From NCBI GenBank assembly GCA_037917685.1, contig JAVCBU010000022.1, forward strand, positions 1 to 45,118: a stretch of 45,118 nucleotides of DNA. The letters are read 5' to 3'. Positions 9,293 to 18,894 of the stretch are shown one piece after another (within the stretch, counting starts at the first letter, position 1; each line of letters starts with the position of its first letter). Both the position numbers and the translations under genes were made by a program. The notes below the pieces were generated by a model. It was not told where the DNA came from, searched no databases, and saw nothing but the letters and a program-made list of their open reading frames with translations. The DNA is from Thermoproteota archaeon (lineage in GTDB: Archaea; Korarchaeota; Korarchaeia; Korarchaeales; JAOZGB01).

Positions 9293-11167
9293 TTAGAGAA
9301 CAGTGCCCAGATCCGTCTGCCAGCAGGAGTATCGGGGCCTCTTTTCCCTGTTGGGGACATACACGTCGAAGCTGAGCTTTGGCCTCTCTACCTTCTTAGC
9401 GTATTTTAGCACTATCCTGTTCTCGCCGCGCTTTAGATGTGCACCAAACCTGTACATCCTTGGATTCCAGATAGTTTTTCCAGAGCCGCGTCCCACGAGC
9501 CTCCCGTTAACCCACACCTTGACATCGCCAGCGGCTCCGACCACCACGGAAACGTTCCTATCGTCCGGCGAATACATTCGATGTAGAAGGTAAACGCAGC
9601 ACTCCCCCCTGAATCCAAGGATGCTCTCCAGAGGTATCGTGCTCTCTGGGGACTCCAGCACCACACAATCACTAAATAGCTCAGGCTCCCTCCCATCCTC
9701 TATCAGCCTCTCGTCCACGTAGGCCACGTCCACGTCCGCGGAATCCTCGATCCACGACTTAGCCTCATAGTACGGGCCTATGACCCCCCAAATCCTAGAG
9801 CCACACATACCGAACCGCCTGCTCCAACTTCTGCCCGACGAATCTGTAAACTCCACTCTAAAAATGTTCGTGTTCCACAGGATGCCCTTTGAGGGTGCCT
9901 CTAACGTAAGCTCGAAGACCTGGGTAGAATGGGGCATCACGCTTATCCTCGACGGCCCCGACGTTTTCCAGCCCTTCGGCACATCTAGACTCAGGGTTCC
10001 CTCAATAGCAACAGCAAGGCCATTTTCCAAACAGATGGTTATTTTCCTAGTCTCTCCACGCCCCATAGCGGGGGGCCCGTTGTAGCCCACCGAGAGCTCG
10101 ACGCCCGGCTCGGGCCTTAATGAGGCTATTTTCTCAGCCATGGTGCCAATCTCTTCGGGCACGTCGAGTACTTCCACCCTGTAGTTGAGGGTCTTCGAGA
10201 GGGCCACGCCCACGGCGCAGGTCTCGTGGGCAAGGTCGGATATCCTGTTGCTTCTTCTTGGTAGAGGGAAGCCCATCTCAAACTCGTCTCCTATCGGCTC
10301 CCTCCACTTGCAGGGTATCGCGTCTGCGCCTAGGAGGGCCCCGAGCAGGGCGCCTGCGGTAGCGCACGTGCAGTCCGTGTCATATCCGCAGTTCAGTGCT
10401 ATCAGCATGGTTTTTCCGAAGTCGAGCTCCCCCCACAAGAGGGCGATCAGTATGAAGCCGATGTTCTGGAAGACGGAAGTGAAATCGGGGCTACCAAACT
10501 TCCTCAGTACTACGCTCCGGGCGTCAACCCAGCTGAGCCCTCTCAGGTAGCAGCTCCTCACGGTGCTGACAACACTACCCAGCCTGGATGCGGGCGGCAC
10601 GAACCTCAGGCCCGCATCGACGAGCTCTTCCATGCCATCAGCGTTAAATGCCGACGACTCCATTGCCGCTAGGAACTGCTCAGCCCAGATGGAGTTCTTC
10701 CAATGGTCTAGGCATGCATCCATGCTGGCGTAGCGCGCCGCTAGCGACGGATTGTTTGGGCAGATGAAGCCCCATATCTCGGACCTTATGGGGGAGCCCA
10801 TGGACTCCCTAAAGTACTCGTTGTCGAACCAACCGGAGGTGGGAGGATCTATGCCACGTGAGAAGTTCTTTAGGAACCTCCCATACTCGTTGAAGTCGTA
10901 CCAGCAGTGCTCCCACCACTCCTCCGCGAGATCCATGCTGGATATATTTAAGCCCCGCTCCTGGAGGGTGTGGAGCCACAGCACCTGCAGGTCGAGGTCG
11001 TCATTCGGGGGCCACTCTTCCGGGAATGCGTCTTCCTCGGTGAAGCTGTGCATCCTCTTCTGCCCCTCCACCCTGGCTCCCACAGCCCCTCCTATGCACT
11101 TTCCAAGCCAGCCCCCGTAAACTCTCCTGTAATACTCGCCGTAACTTAGCCCCAGTTTCTCGCTCAT
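9293..11167 (-). CDS. ADP-ribosylglycohydrolase-family protein with C-terminal NEW3/Ig-like and PA14-like beta domains
   Basis: ARH motifs GGWLGKCIGGAVG, PPNDDLD, IRSEIWG and GYDTDCTCATAGALLG. The tail has LDVPKGWK (NEW3-like) and DVKVWVNG...LKRGENRIVLK (PA14/galactose-binding-like). Confidence 0.85.
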   Translation of the reverse strand: MSEKLGLSYGEYYRRVYGGWLGKCIGGAVGARVEGQKRMHSFTEEDAFPEEWPPNDDLDLQVLWLHTLQERGLNISSMDLAEEWWEHCWYDFNEYGRFLKNFSRGIDPPTSGWFDNEYFRESMGSPIRSEIWGFICPNNPSLAARYASMDACLDHWKNSIWAEQFLAAMESSAFNADGMEELVDAGLRFVPPASRLGSVVSTVRSCYLRGLSWVDARSVVLRKFGSPDFTSVFQNIGFILIALLWGELDFGKTMLIALNCGYDTDCTCATAGALLGALLGADAIPCKWREPIGDEFEMGFPLPRRSNRISDLAHETCAVGVALSKTLNYRVEVLDVPEEIGTMAEKIASLRPEPGVELSVGYNGPPAMGRGETRKITICLENGLAVAIEGTLSLDVPKGWKTSGPSRISVMPHSTQVFELTLEAPSKGILWNTNIFRVEFTDSSGRSWSRRFGMCGSRIWGVIGPYYEAKSWIEDSADVDVAYVDERLIEDGREPELFSDCVVLESPESTIPLESILGFRGECCVYLLHRMYSPDDRNVSVVVGAAGDVKVWVNGRLVGRGSGKTIWNPRMYRFGAHLKRGENRIVLKYAKKVERPKLSFDVYVPNREKRPRYSCWQTDLGTVL

Positions 11168-11249
11168 GTCATCCTCAACCCATACTTCTAGATCTATCTA
11201 TTTCTAAGGTGCGCTCTCCTAAAATATCCTCCATACCCCCCAGCCTCAA

Positions 11250-11345
11250 ACAAAGCCGAGGAGCAGTTAGTTCCAATAAATACTCCTCCAAGCTCGAGCT
11301 ATGCCTCCTAGCTTCTTCGCTAAGAAGTCCGGCGGCTACCCCATT
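11250..11345 (-). pseudogene. Possible remnant of a PaREP1-like gene N-terminus
   Basis: The minus strand reads AGLLSEEARRHSSSLEEYLLEL, which resembles the helical N-terminus of archaeal PaREP1-type proteins. No intact ORF. Confidence 0.3.
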
Positions 11346-11629
11346 TAGCTGATACGGCCTCCGCAGTTCCTAGCACGTTTATATTCTATCTCTTTAAAAC
11401 TATGAAAATCAAAGTCGCTTCTTAACATTTATGGGATAGCTCCTCTCACACGCCTCCTAAGCTGGGTAGCAGTGCTTGAGACGGCATTCCGAACAGAAGA
11501 CAATGTTCTGGATCCCTACTACTCAGAAAAGCTAGCCCCCGTGTAGGTTCATGCATCCTTAAGAAGCTTCTAGAGGCGGAGGGTCTTAGCATTGCTATTT
11601 AATTATTTTGCTGGAGGGCAAAGACTATA

Positions 11630-12070
11630 ATGATATTTAGGAGGGTAGAGGAATATGGTCTAGGTGTCTATTTGAAGCTGCCAGCGGAATGGGTCGAGAA
11701 AGCCGATTTCCTTATCAGAGATGCGGAGAGACATTTAGAAGAAGAAATATACTGGATGGTGTGCTTCGAATCGCAGCAAGCCGCCGAGCTCTACCTAAAA
11801 GGATTAAACCTGGCTCTAACAGGGCTTCACCCATACACCCATGACCTTGTGGAGCTTCTCGAGACTCTTAAAGAACTGGACCTAAATCCTCCGGAAGACC
11901 TGTACGTATATGCTGACGCGTTAACTCCCCACTACACCATGTCGAGGTACCCCGGGAGGAAGCCCGTAATATATAATAAGGGCCTGGCCGAGAGGTGCAT
12001 TAAGTATGCGAGGAGAATCATCGAGTGGGTTAAGGAGGAAGCTCTTAAGATCGAATGCCAGAAAGGTTAG
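11630..12070 (+). CDS. HEPN-domain protein
   Basis: CFESQQAAELYLKG, PYTHDL, YTMSRYP. The true start may be TTG 11672, after AGGTG. Confidence 0.88.
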   Translation: MIFRRVEEYGLGVYLKLPAEWVEKADFLIRDAERHLEEEIYWMVCFESQQAAELYLKGLNLALTGLHPYTHDLVELLETLKELDLNPPEDLYVYADALTPHYTMSRYPGRKPVIYNKGLAERCIKYARRIIEWVKEEALKIECQKG

Positions 12071-12407
12071 AGAAGGTAAAAAATTTCTACGCGAGTACGT
12101 CGAGGAGATATCAAGGAGATATCCTCGATCCACAGTGATACTGTTTGGTTCTAGGTCCGCAGAGAGCCACCTGCCCTATAGCGACTATGATGTCATGGTG
12201 ATCCTCGAAGAAGTGAGCGACAAACTCGCAACCATAGAAGAACTCAGAAGGATGAAGCCCAGGGGGCTACCGTTGGACCTCCTGGTGTTCCAGATGGACG
12301 AATTGTCGGATCCTTTGGTATCCAACATGCTGGAGAAGTGCAAGGTTCTGTACGATGGACTTGAAGCATCGAGACGCCTACAGGCTATTCGCCTAGCAGG
12401 TGAATAG
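12006..12407 (+). CDS. Minimal nucleotidyltransferase (MNT), partner of the HEPN gene
   Basis: ILFGSRS...YSDYDVMVI...LDLLV (GS..DxD..D); overlaps the HEPN 3' end. Start uncertain. Confidence 0.88.
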   Translation: MRGESSSGLRRKLLRSNARKVREGKKFLREYVEEISRRYPRSTVILFGSRSAESHLPYSDYDVMVILEEVSDKLATIEELRRMKPRGLPLDLLVFQMDELSDPLVSNMLEKCKVLYDGLEASRRLQAIRLAGE

Positions 12408-12629
12408 AAGCAACTAGGGAATCCAGGGCTCTACGGCCTTAGAAGGTCGTGAAAGGAGGCTTGGTACCTCGAGATAAGGCATAGCTGCGATCTACTCCCT
12501 CCCACATGAATAAAGGTGGGTAGAGCAAAATCTCCAGGTCCCCGACAGCGGGCTTGGGGGAATGCTTCCTCACCCCTGAGAGCCTGCTCGGCTACAATCC
12601 AGGAGCGTGTGCGAGGGAGGAAGCCGTAG

Positions 12630-13028
12630 TTAGATGGAAATGAACATGCTTTTAGCCTGCTGTATGCCGCGTATCCCCCTTATCCTCCCTATCAGGGAGA
12701 GGATTCTCCGAGCCCCACCCTCAGCGATTACTATCTCGAGGCAGTGCCTCCTCCCCAGGTGCCTATGGATGTTCTCTATGATTATATCGTCGAAGGAGTG
12801 CCTGATCTGAGCGACCCTCCTATCGACGTCGCCCCTCCCATACTCGTACGTCATCATTATCGTTGTTGCCACCTCCCCATCCTCTAGCCTAGCGATCTCA
12901 GCCTCGGCTATGAGGCTCCTGATGGCGTCGCGGACTGCCTCAGACCTGCTGTAATATCCCCTAGATTCCACGAACCTGTCGAACCTCTCCAGGAGATCGT
13001 CTGGGATTGTTATGCTTATTACCCCCAC
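12630..13028 (-). CDS. nikR: NikR-family ribbon-helix-helix metal-responsive regulator
   Basis: ISITIPDDLLERFD...YYSRSEAVRDAIR (RHH) plus C-terminal RH...HRHLGRRHCLE, the NikR His/His/His/Cys ligand pattern. Confidence 0.85.
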   Translation of the reverse strand: MGVISITIPDDLLERFDRFVESRGYYSRSEAVRDAIRSLIAEAEIARLEDGEVATTIMMTYEYGRGDVDRRVAQIRHSFDDIIIENIHRHLGRRHCLEIVIAEGGARRILSLIGRIRGIRGIQQAKSMFISI

Positions 13029-13040
13029 ATAACCACCGGC

Positions 13041-13112
13041 ATATTATAATGTAGTGTAAATCATAGTACTATGCTATTAGTTTTTCTCCAGAAAGTAGCA
13101 TTAAATTAATAT
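13041..13112. promoter_or_regulatory. AT-rich divergent promoter region with palindromes (candidate NikR-like operator)
   Basis: Perfect palindrome CATAGTACTATG at 13062-13073 and inverted pair ATGCTA-N19-TAGCAT at 13071-13101. TATA-like TTAATATA lies upstream of the ATPase. Confidence 0.45.
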
Positions 13113-13147
13113 ACACCTAGGGTAGTCCTTGGAGAAGGAGCTGCCAG

Positions 13148-15031
13148 ATGGCCTACAACGACGGGGAAGAGGGAAGGACGTCTTGGCTATACATGTCGCT
13201 GGGGCTGGGCGCCGCCACAGCCGGAGTGCTCCTCTCCAGCCACCTGCTCGGAGGCGTGCCCGGGATCCTGGAGATATCCTACCATGCGATGGTTGTGGGG
13301 GTAGGTGCCTATGTAGGATACCTCGGCCTTAGGGAGCTTATCTCCGAGAAGAGGTTCTCGGTGGAGTTCCTCATGGCGGTGGCGGCCCTCGGCGCCATAT
13401 ACCTAGACCTGCACTTCGAGGGAGCGACAGTGCTGGCACTGTACTCGCTGGCGGAATACCTCGAGGATTACATAGAGGACAGGGCCAGGAGAACCGTGCA
13501 GGAGCTCTCGCAGTACATGCCGGAGGGGGCTAGGGTAGTAGATCGAGGAAGTGAGAGGATGGTGGAGGTAGGGAGCGTCAAGCCCGGCACCACAATCCTA
13601 GTTAGGCCGGGGGAGAGGATACCGCTGGACGGGGTAGTCCTGGACGGATCATCTTACGTTGATCAGTCTCCTGTGACAGGCGAGTCTATGCCCGTGTTCA
13701 AGAAGAGGGGGGATGAGGTCTTCGGGGGGACGCTTAACCTCGACGGCGTTCTCAGGATCAGGGTCGCTAGAGAGGCTAGCGAGAGCCTCGTATCCAAGAT
13801 CGTTGGGCTTGTGGTCGAGTCGAAGAGAAGGAAGGCCCGCATAGAGAGGCTCGTGGACAGGGTTGCCAAGTTCTATGTGCCCGCGGTGATCACCTCGGCC
13901 GTAGCGACGGCCACACTCGTTCCTACGGTCGTGGGAGGATCGTTCAAGATGTGGCTCTATAGGTCGCTGATACTGCTCGTTGCGTCATGCCCCAGCGCCT
14001 TCGTGGTCTCAGTCCCTGCGACGTTCTTCACCGCGATGACCGCCGCCGCCAGGAGGGGGGTCATAATAAAGGGCGGCGTCTACATCGAGAAGATGGCTAG
14101 GGTGAGAACGGTAGTTTTCGACAAGACCGGCACGCTCACGCTCGGAGCCCCCAGGGTAGTCGAAGAATGCCCCTTTACCCAGATAGATGATGAGACCCTG
14201 AGATACGCGGCAGCTCTCGAGAGATACTCGAACCATCCGATAGCGAGGGCCATAGTCAGGAGGGCCGTTGAGGCGGGATTAGATGTTCGGGGCTTGAAGG
14301 TGGAAGATGTAAGGGAGGAGCCGGGTATGGGAGTGGTCGGAGTCGTGGAGGGGGTGAGGGTTTCCGTTGGCAAGCCGGTTTCCCTTGGAGGCGCGGGGTA
14401 CGGCGACGGCCATACAAGGGTGCAGATTACTGTGGGAGAATCTAGGAAAGCTTCTCTGTGCCTGGCCGATCAGGCAAGGTCGGATGCGCGAGGATCCTTG
14501 AGTGAGCTGAGGAGGATGGGGCTGTACACCGTAATGCTGACCGGGGACAAGTGGGAGGTTGCGAAGAGGCTGGCGGAGACCATGGGTATGGACGAAGTAT
14601 ATGCTGAGCTGCTGCCGGAGGATAAGCTGAGGATCGTGTCACGGTTAAGATCTGAGAGGGGCATGGTGGCGATGGTAGGAGACGGGGTGAACGACGCTCC
14701 CGCGCTGGCGGCAGCTGATGTCGGAATAGCCATGGGAGGCAGGGGGGTGGATGTAGCTCTCGAGTCGGCAGACGTTGTTCTTGTGAGAGATCAGCTGAGC
14801 CAGATTCCCTACATATATGGCCTGAGCAGGGCGGCCATGAAAATCGCAAAGCAGAACATCGCCATTTCGCTCGGAACGAAGCTTCTCTTGGGCATGTTGG
14901 GGTTCATGGGGTTCCTTCCCCTATGGTTCGCCGTCGCTGTTGGCGATGATGGGATAACCATGCTCCTCATACTAAACACCCTGCGCATCACGAGACAAGG
15001 GAAAGCTGGAAGCCAGCTAAAGGAGGTATAG
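13148..15031 (+). CDS. Heavy-metal-translocating P1B-type ATPase (ZntA/CadA-like, no N-terminal metal-binding domain)
   Basis: PGERIPLDG, TGES, SCPSA, DKTGTLT, SNHP, MLTGD and GDGVNDAPAL; Lys and DDG in the last two helices. Confidence 0.93.
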   Translation: MAYNDGEEGRTSWLYMSLGLGAATAGVLLSSHLLGGVPGILEISYHAMVVGVGAYVGYLGLRELISEKRFSVEFLMAVAALGAIYLDLHFEGATVLALYSLAEYLEDYIEDRARRTVQELSQYMPEGARVVDRGSERMVEVGSVKPGTTILVRPGERIPLDGVVLDGSSYVDQSPVTGESMPVFKKRGDEVFGGTLNLDGVLRIRVAREASESLVSKIVGLVVESKRRKARIERLVDRVAKFYVPAVITSAVATATLVPTVVGGSFKMWLYRSLILLVASCPSAFVVSVPATFFTAMTAAARRGVIIKGGVYIEKMARVRTVVFDKTGTLTLGAPRVVEECPFTQIDDETLRYAAALERYSNHPIARAIVRRAVEAGLDVRGLKVEDVREEPGMGVVGVVEGVRVSVGKPVSLGGAGYGDGHTRVQITVGESRKASLCLADQARSDARGSLSELRRMGLYTVMLTGDKWEVAKRLAETMGMDEVYAELLPEDKLRIVSRLRSERGMVAMVGDGVNDAPALAAADVGIAMGGRGVDVALESADVVLVRDQLSQIPYIYGLSRAAMKIAKQNIAISLGTKLLLGMLGFMGFLPLWFAVAVGDDGITMLLILNTLRITRQGKAGSQLKEV

Positions 15032-15189
15032 ATACTCTAATCGCTCCGAAAATCCCACATCAGTAACTCTCTTTCTCAGATGAAGATTGAAGAAGCTTAA
15101 GTACCAAGAGTGCGGAACATAATGTAAGGTGAATGCGGAGAAGCCTACCCGAACTCCCTCATCGAATCCCGGCCGCCGGGGGAAGATCC

Positions 15190-16647
15190 ATGAAGTATGA
15201 TGTCGGGGGTGACGGAGACAGGAAAGCTGCTCTGTTCGTCGCGGTGCTTACCTCCTTTCTCACGACCTTCATGGGCTCCGCGGTAAACATAGCACTTCCA
15301 TCTATCGGAAGGGAGTTTCGAATGGACGCCGTTCTCCTCGGCTGGGTTGCCTCCTCCTACCTTTTGGCCGCCGCCGTGTTTCTGGTTCCCTTCGGGAGGA
15401 TAGCCGACATACACGGAAGGAGGAAGGCGTTATTGTGGGGCGTCCTGATCTACACTCTCTCCTCCCTGCTTTCCTCCTCCTCGACATCCCCCATCTCGCT
15501 CATATGTTTTCGAACGTTACAGGGAGTAGGAGGCGCCATGATTTTCGCGACGAGCGTGGCGATACTGACCTCCGTATATCCTCTGGGGGAGAGGGGCAAA
15601 GTCCTGGGTATGAACGCCGCCTCGGTTTATCTGGGGCTGACATCGGGGCCCATTCTCGGAGGATTTCTAGTCCAGCTTTTTGGCTGGAGAAACGTCTTCC
15701 TTACGGGTGTTCCCATGGGCCTGGCGGTAATTGCCCTGATCCTCTCGAGGCTGCGGGGCGAGTGGGCCGAGGCAGAGGGTGAGAGGTTCGACTTAGCAGG
15801 CTCGCTGATCTACGGCCTCTCACTCGTGCTAGCCATGTACGGTTTCACCATGCTGCCAGCGAGATATAGCCTATGGCTAGTCCTGACGGGCGGTCTAGGA
15901 ATTTTGGCATTCATCAAGTGGGAGACCAGGATCGAAGATCCCGTGTTAGAAATAAGACTCTTCAGAGACAACAGGGTCTTTGCGCTCTCCAACCTGTCGG
16001 CGCTGATCAGCTATAGCGCGACATTTGCGACCGGCTTCCTTCTGAGCCTCTACCTGCAATACGTTAGGGGGGTTAGCCCCCAATTAGCCGGGTTGACTTT
16101 AATGTTCCGGCCGGTGGTGCAGGCCTCCTTTTCGCCGCTCGCCGGCAAGCTATCGGACAGGTCCGAGCCTCGGATAATAGCCTCTGCCGGCATGGCGCTG
16201 ATAGCTTTAGGCCTCCTGCTCCTAACCCTTTTAAGCTGGGGAACCTCTCTGGGATTCGTCGGAGGTGTACTGGCCATCCTTGGCCTCGGCTTCGCCCTCT
16301 TCTCCTCCCCAAACACGAATGCGGCCATGAGCTCAGTCGAAAGGAGATTCTACGGGGTAGCATCGGCAACCCTTGGAACCATGCGGCTGGTCGGGCAGAT
16401 ATTCAGCATGGGAATAGCAACAATGGTAATCAACATGTATGTGGGGCAGGTACAGATAACGCCCCAACGGTACCCGGACCTTTTAGCCAGCATAAGGGCG
16501 GCCTTCCTCGCGTTCTTTATTCTAAGCCTATGCGGCATACCTGCTTCCCTGGCGAGGGGCAGTATTAGGCGGGCAGAATTCTCCCAACCCTCCACGGCAT
16601 TCGGGCAAGCTTGCAGGGGGGCGCTGAGTGGAGAAAGTGAGGTTTAA
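15190..16647 (+). CDS. MFS drug:H+ antiporter (DHA2/EmrB-QacA-like, 14 TM)
   Basis: MGSAVNIALPSI, GRIADIHGRR, RTLQGVGGA, GPILGG, FSSPNT. Start placed at ATG 15190 rather than 15133 in the track. Confidence 0.88.
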   Translation: MKYDVGGDGDRKAALFVAVLTSFLTTFMGSAVNIALPSIGREFRMDAVLLGWVASSYLLAAAVFLVPFGRIADIHGRRKALLWGVLIYTLSSLLSSSSTSPISLICFRTLQGVGGAMIFATSVAILTSVYPLGERGKVLGMNAASVYLGLTSGPILGGFLVQLFGWRNVFLTGVPMGLAVIALILSRLRGEWAEAEGERFDLAGSLIYGLSLVLAMYGFTMLPARYSLWLVLTGGLGILAFIKWETRIEDPVLEIRLFRDNRVFALSNLSALISYSATFATGFLLSLYLQYVRGVSPQLAGLTLMFRPVVQASFSPLAGKLSDRSEPRIIASAGMALIALGLLLLTLLSWGTSLGFVGGVLAILGLGFALFSSPNTNAAMSSVERRFYGVASATLGTMRLVGQIFSMGIATMVINMYVGQVQITPQRYPDLLASIRAAFLAFFILSLCGIPASLARGSIRRAEFSQPSTAFGQACRGALSGESEV

Positions 16648-16686
16648 ATGGCTCGAAGCTGAGTTTTTAGCTGAGGTGAATCCACG

Positions 16687-17706
16687 ATCAAGTACGTCAA
16701 GCTCGGGACTAGTGGGATAAAGGTCTCCCAGCTGTGCATAGGGACGTGGCACCTGCCCAGATCCCCGGAGCTGGATGAATATGGGATACCCAGGGTGGAC
16801 ATGGATGAGCTGAGGAAGGCTTTCAAGGTGGCAGTGGACAGCGGGATAAATTTCATCGACACGGCCAACAGGTACCATGGGGCGATGACGCCTGTGGACC
16901 TCAACCACGTGGGCAACGCGGAGAAGGTTCTCGGGAAGATACTGAAGGAGTACGACAGGGAGATGTTCGTGATAGCCACCAAGGTCAGGGGCAGGATGGC
17001 CCCGTGGCCGAACGGGGAGGGGCTGTCCAGGAAGCACATCATGTGGCAGGTCAGGGAGAGCCTGAGGAGGCTGGACACCGACTACATAGATGTATACCTG
17101 ACCCACGCCCCGGACCCCGAAACGCCCAAGCTCGAGACGTTGAGGGCGTTGAACGATCTTGTCGTGCAGGGGAAGGTGCACTACATCGGCTCCTCAAACG
17201 AGCCTCCTGAGGGGATAATAGAGTCGATGGAGCTGTCCAAGCTCTACGGGCTCCACTCCTACGTAACGCTCCAGGAGCCGTACAGCCTCCTGAGGAGGGA
17301 GATCGAGCAGGCGAAGGTTCCCGTGGCCAGGCGGTACGGCCTGGCAATAATGGCCTACTCGCCCCTAGCCCAGGGCCTCCTGACGGAGAAGTATCTGAGG
17401 GGGATCCCTCCATTATCAAGAGCCGCCTACTCCAAGGGGTTCAGGAAACTGTTGACCAGGGAAAACTTGGGAGTGGTTAGGGAGCTGGCCGAGTTCGCCA
17501 GGGAGAAGGGGGCCTCGCTTCCGCAGCTGGCGATAGCTTGGATACTCCATAAGCAGGAGGCGCTGGGCGTGACCGTGATCCCCATAATCGGGTTTTCAAA
17601 AGTGGAGCATCTGGAGGATAACCTGGGAGCCCTCGACGTAAAGCTATCGGAGGACGACGTGAGGAGGCTCGAGGAGATATCCTCCAAGTTTAGCCGTGGT
17701 GGCTGA
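16687..17706 (+). CDS. Aldo/keto reductase (Tas/YajO-like)
   Basis: KYVKLGTSGIKVSQLCIGT, FIDTANRY, IATK, SLRRLDTDYIDVY, YIGSSN, YSPLAQG. The frame extends upstream of the track start (16795) to an ATC codon. Confidence 0.9.
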   Translation: MKYVKLGTSGIKVSQLCIGTWHLPRSPELDEYGIPRVDMDELRKAFKVAVDSGINFIDTANRYHGAMTPVDLNHVGNAEKVLGKILKEYDREMFVIATKVRGRMAPWPNGEGLSRKHIMWQVRESLRRLDTDYIDVYLTHAPDPETPKLETLRALNDLVVQGKVHYIGSSNEPPEGIIESMELSKLYGLHSYVTLQEPYSLLRREIEQAKVPVARRYGLAIMAYSPLAQGLLTEKYLRGIPPLSRAAYSKGFRKLLTRENLGVVRELAEFAREKGASLPQLAIAWILHKQEALGVTVIPIIGFSKVEHLEDNLGALDVKLSEDDVRRLEEISSKFSRGG

Positions 17707-17799
17707 TGGGGATAACTCCCATTTTTTACAACTAGCATCACGCGACCTCAACTATGTAGGCAACACTTATACATAGTTACGAGCCTTATACTCCTTGGA

Positions 17800-18885
17800 A
17801 TGAACCACAGGGAAAGGTTGCTCAGGGTCTTCAAGTTCGAGGAGGTGGACAGGGTCCCCGACTACGAGTTCGGCTACTGGAGGGAGACTATAGACAGGTG
17901 GCACGCGGAGGGCCTGCCGCTACACCTCCACACGAACAGGGACCTGGAGGGCTACTTCGGGCTGGAGGGCTGGGAGTCCATAGAGTTCGTTCCGGTCGTG
18001 ACGGGAATTTGGCCGAGCCCCCCATCGAGGATATTGAGGGAGTATGGAGATAAGGAGGTGGTCAGCGACGGGCTCGGAGGAATATATGTGAGGAAGAAGT
18101 GGACGTCCACCATACCCCATTACATCAGGTACCCGCTGAGGAGCAGGGATAACTGGGAGAGGATAAGGCCGTTCTTCGACCCCGACACCCCCGGGAGGAT
18201 GCCCCTAAACTGGGAGGAGGTCGCCGAAGGTTACAGGGAGAGGGACTACCCCCTGGGGATGCGCATCGGCAGCCTCTACGGATGGCTGCGGAACCTAATG
18301 GGGGTGGAGGGCATCGCCAGGGCCTTCTACAGGGACCCGGATTGGATAGCCGAGATGATGGACGCCCTGGTGGAGCTCTGGATAAGCCTCATCCGGAGGA
18401 CCCTCAGGGACGTCAGGGTGGACTTCGCCACCTGGTGGGAGGACATGTGCTACAGCCGCGGCCCTCTGATCTCGGTGAGGCTATTCGAGGAGTTCATGGT
18501 CCCACGCTACAGGAGGGTGACGAACGTTCTCAAGGAGTATGGGGTGGAAGTTAACATTCTAGACTGCGACGGGAAGATAGACGCCCTCGTGCCCGGATGG
18601 CTGGAGGCCGGGATAAACTGCATGCTCCCGATAGAGGCCAGGTACACGAGCCCAATAGAGCTTAGGAGGAAGTACGGGAGGAGGATACTGCTGATGGGCG
18701 GAGTCAACAAGCTGGCGCTGATAAGGGGAAGAAAGGCCATAGAGAGGGAGATCCAAAGGCTGGCACCTCTAGTTGAAGAAGGAGGCTACATACCGATGGT
18801 CGACCACAGGGTTCCCCCCGATGTCTCCCTCGACAACTACCTTTACTATTTAAAGACTAAGAGAAAAATCATCGGAAAAGAATGA
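17800..18885 (+). CDS. Uroporphyrinogen decarboxylase/MtaA-CmuA superfamily (URO-D fold) protein, function unknown
   Basis: MNHRER...VDRVP, WLRNLMG, WEDM, GPLIS, DCDG, LMGGV, GGYIPMVDH. Confidence 0.85.
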   Translation: MNHRERLLRVFKFEEVDRVPDYEFGYWRETIDRWHAEGLPLHLHTNRDLEGYFGLEGWESIEFVPVVTGIWPSPPSRILREYGDKEVVSDGLGGIYVRKKWTSTIPHYIRYPLRSRDNWERIRPFFDPDTPGRMPLNWEEVAEGYRERDYPLGMRIGSLYGWLRNLMGVEGIARAFYRDPDWIAEMMDALVELWISLIRRTLRDVRVDFATWWEDMCYSRGPLISVRLFEEFMVPRYRRVTNVLKEYGVEVNILDCDGKIDALVPGWLEAGINCMLPIEARYTSPIELRRKYGRRILLMGGVNKLALIRGRKAIEREIQRLAPLVEEGGYIPMVDHRVPPDVSLDNYLYYLKTKRKIIGKE

Positions 18886-18894
18886 CGCTATTCT

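Noticed and set aside
12055-12087. A-AAA-AAT slippery heptamer (12078-12084) in phase with ATG 12055, which could give a -1 frameshifted MNT start
   Set aside because: The MNT frame is already open from ATG 12006 with a plausible helical N-terminus, so no recoding is needed. A6 runs are common.
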